Below, one piece after another: positions 57,270 through 64,000 of a stretch of DNA of 64,000 nt. The stretch's first letter is position 1. Each line of letters begins with the position of its first letter. A program made the position numbers and the translations under genes. This stretch comes from the human T2T-CHM13v2.0 reference genome, Homo sapiens, in assembly GCF_009914755.1 (NCBI RefSeq), contig NC_060931.1, one strand, 5' to 3'. Under the pieces are notes generated by a model that was given only the letters and a program-made list of their open reading frames with translations, ran no database searches and was not told the DNA's origin.

Positions 57270-57790
57270 GATATTTTCTTATTTTCTGTATTCTTGATGC
57301 TTTGACATCTGGGGCTCTCCTGACTGGAAGGGCTGTGACTTCCAAGGCTAGCTAATTCCTAGAGACAGCAAAGAACTTGCCCGAAGCACACCTTGACCCA
57401 TCCAGAGTCCATGCCCCAAACACCTCTTTTTATTGGGTACTCTAATTCTGGCACACCAGGGTCAGGTACTAGACAACTAGGACCACCCCTGCAGCTCAGA
57501 GCCTGCAGAAATAATTGAAACTATCCAATCCTAAAGCTGCTCAGTTTGCTTTTCTGGCCTTGCCCATTTCTCCTAGGGGAAACCAGAGTAAAGGAAGATG
57601 TCTACAGTTTTTACCTCTCTGCCTTCCCATCTCACTTGGTGGCCTTGTAGGGTGCACTGTGTCCTCTTTCTAGGGGGCATCCTCTAGAATTTGATTATTC
57701 CATGAGAATAATCAAAACCTCTTTCTTTTCTGTATCTAAGTGCCTTTCCATGCCTGAGTAAAACAAACCTAGGGTACCAAGAAAACACTA
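57270..57790 (+). mobile_element. MER74-like ERVL LTR
   Basis: 'attttctgtattcttgatgctttgacatctgggg', 'gctagctaattcctagaga', 'caggtactagacaactagg', 'ccaatcctaa'. Confidence 0.75.
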
Positions 57791-57860
57791 ATAACAGCTA
57801 ATATCAGAATGCCAGTCTTAAAGCACAACACACATATTCGCGACTGCTTAAAAAACCTTA

Positions 57861-58255
<395 letters not shown>

Positions 58256-58259
58256 TCAT

Positions 58260-59050
58260 TCCCCACTCCCAGAAATCTCCTCTTAGTATCGTTTTATCCA
58301 TTGAAGGCATGGCCACACTCCTGTCAAAGTTACGTCATTCTTGATTCTTCTTTCTTACCCTTTTGCACATAAGTCATGGAGCTTCTATACATCAAATATC
58401 TTTCAGATCTCTTCCTACTCTTCATATCTGTGTGGAACATCGTAGTTCAGGCCACCACCACTTCTTCCTTAAACCACATAGCTGTTTCCAAATGTGTTCC
58501 CTGTACACACTCTTCCCTTGAATCCCATTCCCCACATCGTTGCCATTTTTTTTTTCAAAACACATGTTTTGATTCCTTTCTTCAGGAATGTTTTGGCTCT
58601 TGATTGCCTAATCCAGACAGTTTCTTACCTTTAGCAAAATATTCTGTTCACAAACTGTAGTTTCATTTAGATATCTATGTTGAATTATTTTCAAGCATCT
58701 AACATTCCAATTATTCTCTACTTTAGGAACATTATGTCTCTTATTTTCTCTAAACACCTAGGTCTTTTCCCAATCTCCTGTCTTCCCTGATTCTATTATT
58801 CCTCTTAAGTGTCTTCCCCTAAGTTTTCTTTCTGGCAAGTGCTCATTTATGCAGAGGTTCCTCCCAAATCAGAATAAATCTTCCTCTCTCTTATAAATCA
58901 ATCATAATTTGTACAGTCTACATTTTAAAATCTTATTTTAAAATAATTACTTTCATGACTTTTTCCTCACAAAATATGATTTTCAGAGTGCAATAATCCT
59001 GTTTATGACTATTAACATTCCAAAATATATTAGATGTTCGAAGATTAAAT
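58260..59050 (+). mobile_element. L2 3' region
   Basis: 'gtcattcttgattcttctttc', 'tagttcaggccaccacc', 'aatcccattccccaca'. Confidence 0.6.
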
Positions 59051-61504
59051 GAAGCCTATTTATCTTGATTAAAAGACACTCACACATTCGATATATGAAG
59101 AAGCATTATTAAATTTGAAAAACAAAATTAACTGGTATAATAAATGGATTTAACTGTTAAATTTTTAATATGGTACCTTTTGAAATAAAAAATAAATAAA
59201 ATTTTATAATAACGCACATTAAATAACCAGAAACATAACTCAATAGAAAACTGAGCCATGCTTATGATAAAGGTAGCGCCTTTTCAGCAGAGTAACTTGG
59301 CAAGAGATTTGAGGCTGACAGAACTGTGTGAACATACCTGTGCTAGTTGGTTACTATGGAAATAAAAGCAAAAGTAAAACAGAGTGTTAAGGGGAAAAAA
59401 ATCAAAAGTAATTGTATATGGCTTAAGTTGTGGACAGATAATAGCTAAAATCACCATAAGAAGTCAATCTGTCTGGTAGTGGTATTGTTGACAATACATC
59501 CTGTAAAGTCGTCTGTTGAACATCTTGACACTCTAAATACACAACTTCTATGTAAATATCAAATCAATCAGAACTTGTTTAAGTATTAATGCATTCATGA
59601 TTAACCAGAACATTCTTGGGTCTGGTTAAGTATCAACCTAACACTTATGTTTATATGAAAAAGCATATACAGAAGGCTGTAAATCAAATATTTAAAACGT
59701 AGTCATTAAATTCATACTAAATTATTTTTACTCATTTGCTTTAATTGCATAAGAATAATTGTATTATACTGTGAAAATTATAACTCAAGAAAAGCTGCTA
59801 GAAAATTCAGCCACAGTATTTGTTATATACCTTGATAGCATTTTATTTTATTCCTATCAGGTAATTCCATGCCAGCATGGAATGTTGGACTAAAATATTT
59901 GAAAAAGAAGCACTATAGAGATAGTCTTAAAAGATATAAAATGTGAACGGCAAAGACTAAATGACTACAATATCAGTTGGATTGGAAGGTGATGCAAAGC
60001 CTATTTATGCCAGTGTTTCTGAAAGGTTATTACTTTGCTTGAATGCTTTACAAATTTCTCCAATTCTTTTGTTTCAGTTTGAGTGAGTAGATACAACCTA
60101 GGCATGTTGCTACTGCAATTGACTAAATAGTTCTAAAAGTTGTTAAAATGCATTCTTTAAGTTTTAACTTGCTACTGAATAATGTCTTAGTACATTAAAA
60201 ATTGTAGCCCAATTTGCCATGATTCTGATGTGGTTTGATTTAAATTATATGTGTGGCTGAGAGGGGATTATTGTGCAGCATAGTTTCAATATTCCTTTCC
60301 ACTCCTATTGGGTAAATTTTGGCTTTTGGTTTGAAATGGAAGATAGCTGACTGTTCTCAGCACTGTCTCCAGCCTCCCTTAAGCATAATTCCCACCTCCC
60401 TGCCAGCTACATCTTTTAAAATAAAAAAGACTAAAAATGTGTTAAAGAGTATGACAAAAAGAAACAGCATAACACAAGAAGTTAAAATTATAATTTAACT
60501 TACTCTAAAAATCTAAAAGGACCTAACCCACTAACGATACAACCAAAATAATGGAAGAGGGAATTATACTGCAGCAACGACTGGAGTGTTATTATCTGAG
60601 TCTTGCCCACCTGAAAGACGGTAGTTTCATCAGTCATTTGTTTCCTACAGTATCCTTGGCTTCTGGGATTCATGGTCCCTACCAGCCAAACCCAAAGCAG
60701 AACTCTCTCTGAAACATAAATTTGTCATTTTGAATCCATGGACTATCTCACAGAAAACTCGTAAATCAGAAATTTGGCAGATTGAGTATCAGGGAAGAAT
60801 CACATCTTGACAAATACCTATGGAGGAGACAGGGGAAGGAAAATCAATAATTAGAGTGCATTTCCACACTCTCCATATATGTGTCAATGTTTGAGAGCGT
60901 CAGAGAACCAAGCATAAGGTAAGTCTGACTCTGGGAAAGTAGGTTACAGAGTGAAAACTGGAGTATGTGTTTAACAAACCTGCTCTCTAGTTTTGGATTT
61001 AAAAAGAGGATTCTGACAACAAGCAATGGAAAAAAGAGCAGAACCCAGCACAAGTCATCAGTGGTTGAATAAAGGGAAAAAAATAATAAAAGTTTTAAAA
61101 ATAAACAAGGTGACTTATAAAACACATGAGAAATCCAAGCTTTATTCTGGAGAGTCAGAGGAAAGGCATAGCTCTGAATGTTTACTGGAAATGCGAGAAT
61201 AAAATGTACGGTGTCCTAGTGTATACAATAGGATTCAAGACAAAGCTTCTATAAAAGAGATCTAAAAGGCAAGCCTAAAATAGGATGAGACAGACAGACA
61301 AATCAATGATTACGTCACCCCCCAAAACTTAAAGAAATAGAAAATGCAGTTGCAAACTAAAAATTCTTATTGGAAACTGAATAAAAATGCAAATTGGACA
61401 GTATGGAAAAGAATCAGCAGAGTCAAGAACAATCCTTAGACTTTTCTCCCAGAATAAAGATGCAAAAGAAAAATAAAAAGAAAACATTATATTGAAATAG
61501 ACAA

Positions 61505-62132
61505 TGTTGCGCTTTACCGGAGTCTGCACTCCTGGAAAGCAGTGATGGTTAAGAAACAACTCCATCCTTGTGAGTCATCTTACTGTAAAGAACCACCCTC
61601 CTCCTTATGATTTAGATAAAACCCCCTTGTATATCTGTGACCAGGCCAGACGCAGGTCCTCTAAATCCTCACTTTTTGTCTTCCAAGGGATTAGCTGAAC
61701 TGTTTGTCTCCACCAATCTGGACAAAATGCCTATTAACTTGACCAAACTTTAGTCAGGATAAATGCCTCCTCCAGGCCCCTGGCCTTTGACTCGCCCTTG
61801 AGGTTAAGCAGCAACAGAAAGTGGACCAATCTCTCTACAAACTCCCTGAAAGAATCAACTGACCTCAGGGAAAAGATCTTGACCAATTTACTTTTCACTC
61901 CTGGGACTCACCTAACTCAAAGAGGCCCAGTTATTTCTAGCCTTGTTTTTCCCTCCCTATATAAGAAAACCTCTTTCTGCTTGAAAGTTGAGACCCTCAG
62001 ATCTTACCCTTGGTGTGATCTCCCTCTTGCAACGTCCTCTTTCGTTTATGCAACAATCCTCTCCTTCCACTGCAATAGTCTTTTTGAATAAACGCTCTCC
62101 TTATCTAAATCCAAATTGTCTTTTACATGACA
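61505..62132 (+). mobile_element. MER90/MER89-like ERV1 solo LTR
   Basis: TG...CA ends; 'ttgaccaaactttagtcagg', TATA-like 'ccctatataag', 'ctgcaatagtctttttgaataaa'. Confidence 0.65.
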
Positions 62133-62252
62133 AAATTAAGGGAAATAAGGGAAAATTCAACCTGGGAATTTTAGCATTACCCCTAAGGGGAATGTTAAAT
62201 AAAAATAGATGTGAAAAGAAAAGTGAAGCCAAACACTTTTTTAAAAAATTAT

Positions 62253-64000
62253 TGTGCACAATATGCAGGTTTGTTACATATGTATACATGTGCCGTCTTG
62301 GTTTGCTGCACCCATTAACTTGCCATTTACATTAGGTATTTCTCCTAATGCTATCCCTCCCCCATCCCCCAACCCCACAATAGGCCCCAGTGTGTGATGT
62401 TCCCAACCCTGTGTCCAAGTGTTTTCTTTGTTCAATTCCCACCTATGAGTGAGAACATGCGGTGTTTGGTTTTCTGTCCTTGTGATAGTTTGCTCAGAAT
62501 GATGGTTTTCAGTTTCATCCATGTTACTACAAAGGACGTGAACTCATTCTTTTTTATGGCTGCATGGTATTCCATGGTGTATATGTGCCACATTTTCTTA
62601 ATCCAGTCTATTATTGATGGACATTTGGGTTGGTTCCAAGTGTTTGCTATTGTGAATAGAGCCATAATAAACATACATGTGCATGTGTCTGTATAGTAGC
62701 ATGATTTATAATACTTTGGGTATATGATCACTGGGTCAAATGGTATTTCTAGTTCTAGATCCTTAAGGAATCGCCACACTGTCTTCCACAATGGTTGTGT
62801 AAAAGCTTTCCTGTTTCCCCACTTCCTCTCCAGCACCTGTTGTTTCCTGACTTTTTAATGATCACCATTCTAACTGGTGTGAGATGGTATCTCATTGTGG
62901 TTTTGATTTGCATTTCTCTGATGACCAGTGATGATGAGCATTTTTTCATGTGTCTGTTGGCTGCATAAATGTCTTTTGAAAAGTGTCTGTTCATATCCTT
63001 TGCCCACTTTTTGATGGGGTTGTTTGATTTTTTCTTGTAAATTTTTTTAAGTTCTTTGTAGATTTTGGATATTAGACCTTTGTCAGATGGGTAGATTGCA
63101 AAAGTTTTCTCCCATTCTGTAGGTTGCCTGTTCACTCTGATGGTAGTTTCTTTTTCTGTGCAGAAGCTCTTTAGTTTAATTAGATCCCATTTGTCTATTT
63201 TGGCTGTTGTTGCCATTGCTTTTGGTGTTTTAGTCATGAAGTCCTTGCCCATTCCTATGTCCTGAATGGTACTGCTTAAGTTTTCTTCTAGGGTTTTTAT
63301 GGTTTTAGGTCTAACATTTAAGTATTTAATCCATCTTGGATTAATTTTTGTATAAGGTGTAAGGAAGGGATCCAGTTTCAGCTTTCTACCTATGGCTAGC
63401 CAGTTTTCCCAGCACCATTTATTATAGGGAATCCTTTCTCCATTTCTTGTTTTTGTCAGGTTCGTCAAAGATCAGATGGTTGTAGAGGTGTGGCCTCTGT
63501 TCTGTTCCATTGGTCTATATCTCTGTTTTGATACCAGTACCATGCTGTTTTGGTTACTGTAGCCTTGTAGTATAGTTTGAAGTCAGGTAGCATGATGCCT
63601 CCAGCTTTACTCTTTTGGCTTAGGATTGTCTTGGCAAAGTGGACTATTTTTTGGTTCCATATGAACTTTAAAGTAGTTTTTTCCAATTCTGTGAAGAAAG
63701 TCATTGGTAGCTTGATGGAAATGGCACTGAATCTATAAATTACCTTGGGGAGTATGGCCATTTTCATGATAGCATCGAATGTTCTTCCATTTGTTTGTGT
63801 CCTCTTTTATTTTGTTGAGCAGTGCTTTGTAGTTCTTGAAGAGGTCCTTCACATCCCTTGTAAGTTGGATTCCTAGGTATTTTATTCTCTTTGAAGCAAT
63901 TGTGAATGGGAGTTCACTCATGATTTGGCTCTCTGTTTGTCTGTTATTGGTATATAAGAATGCTTGTGATTTTTACACATTGATTTTGTATCCTGAGACT
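62253..64000 (-). mobile_element. L1PA5-7-like 3' UTR plus ORF2 C-terminus, running off the window end
   Basis: ORFs 62755-63468 and 63465-63767 are L1 ORF2 ([44 protein letters not shown]); frameshifted. Confidence 0.97.

Noticed and set aside
62432-63921. Longest ORFs (237, 134, 100 aa) as a gene
   Set aside because: They are frameshifted pieces of L1 ORF2p.

Overview
This is primate genomic DNA, most likely human or another catarrhine, judged from Alu J/S/Y, L1PA, THE1, the HERV-H LTR7 and MADE1. It is AT-rich and looks intergenic or intronic. I find no credible protein-coding gene, tRNA, rRNA, CpG island or CRISPR array; the long ORFs come from L1 ORF2, THE1-int, ERV env, Alu or microsatellites. 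Much of the window is transposon-derived: about 16 Alu/monomer copies, many old and mostly minus-strand L1 segments, MaLR LTRs, a full-length THE1, a HERV-I-type pol/env relic, solo LTR7 and LTR10, and DNA transposons (MER33, MADE1, Tigger, MER5). I cannot support a new biological system here. The notable signals are mutational or structural: a THE1 with discordant LTRs, a 136-bp templated insertion, a template-switch hairpin inside L1, an env-to-pol permuted ERV mosaic, two twin-primed L1s, and candidate plus-strand non-coding exons. All repeat and subfamily calls come from remembered consensus sequences, not from a RepeatMasker run, and boundaries of old elements are approximate.
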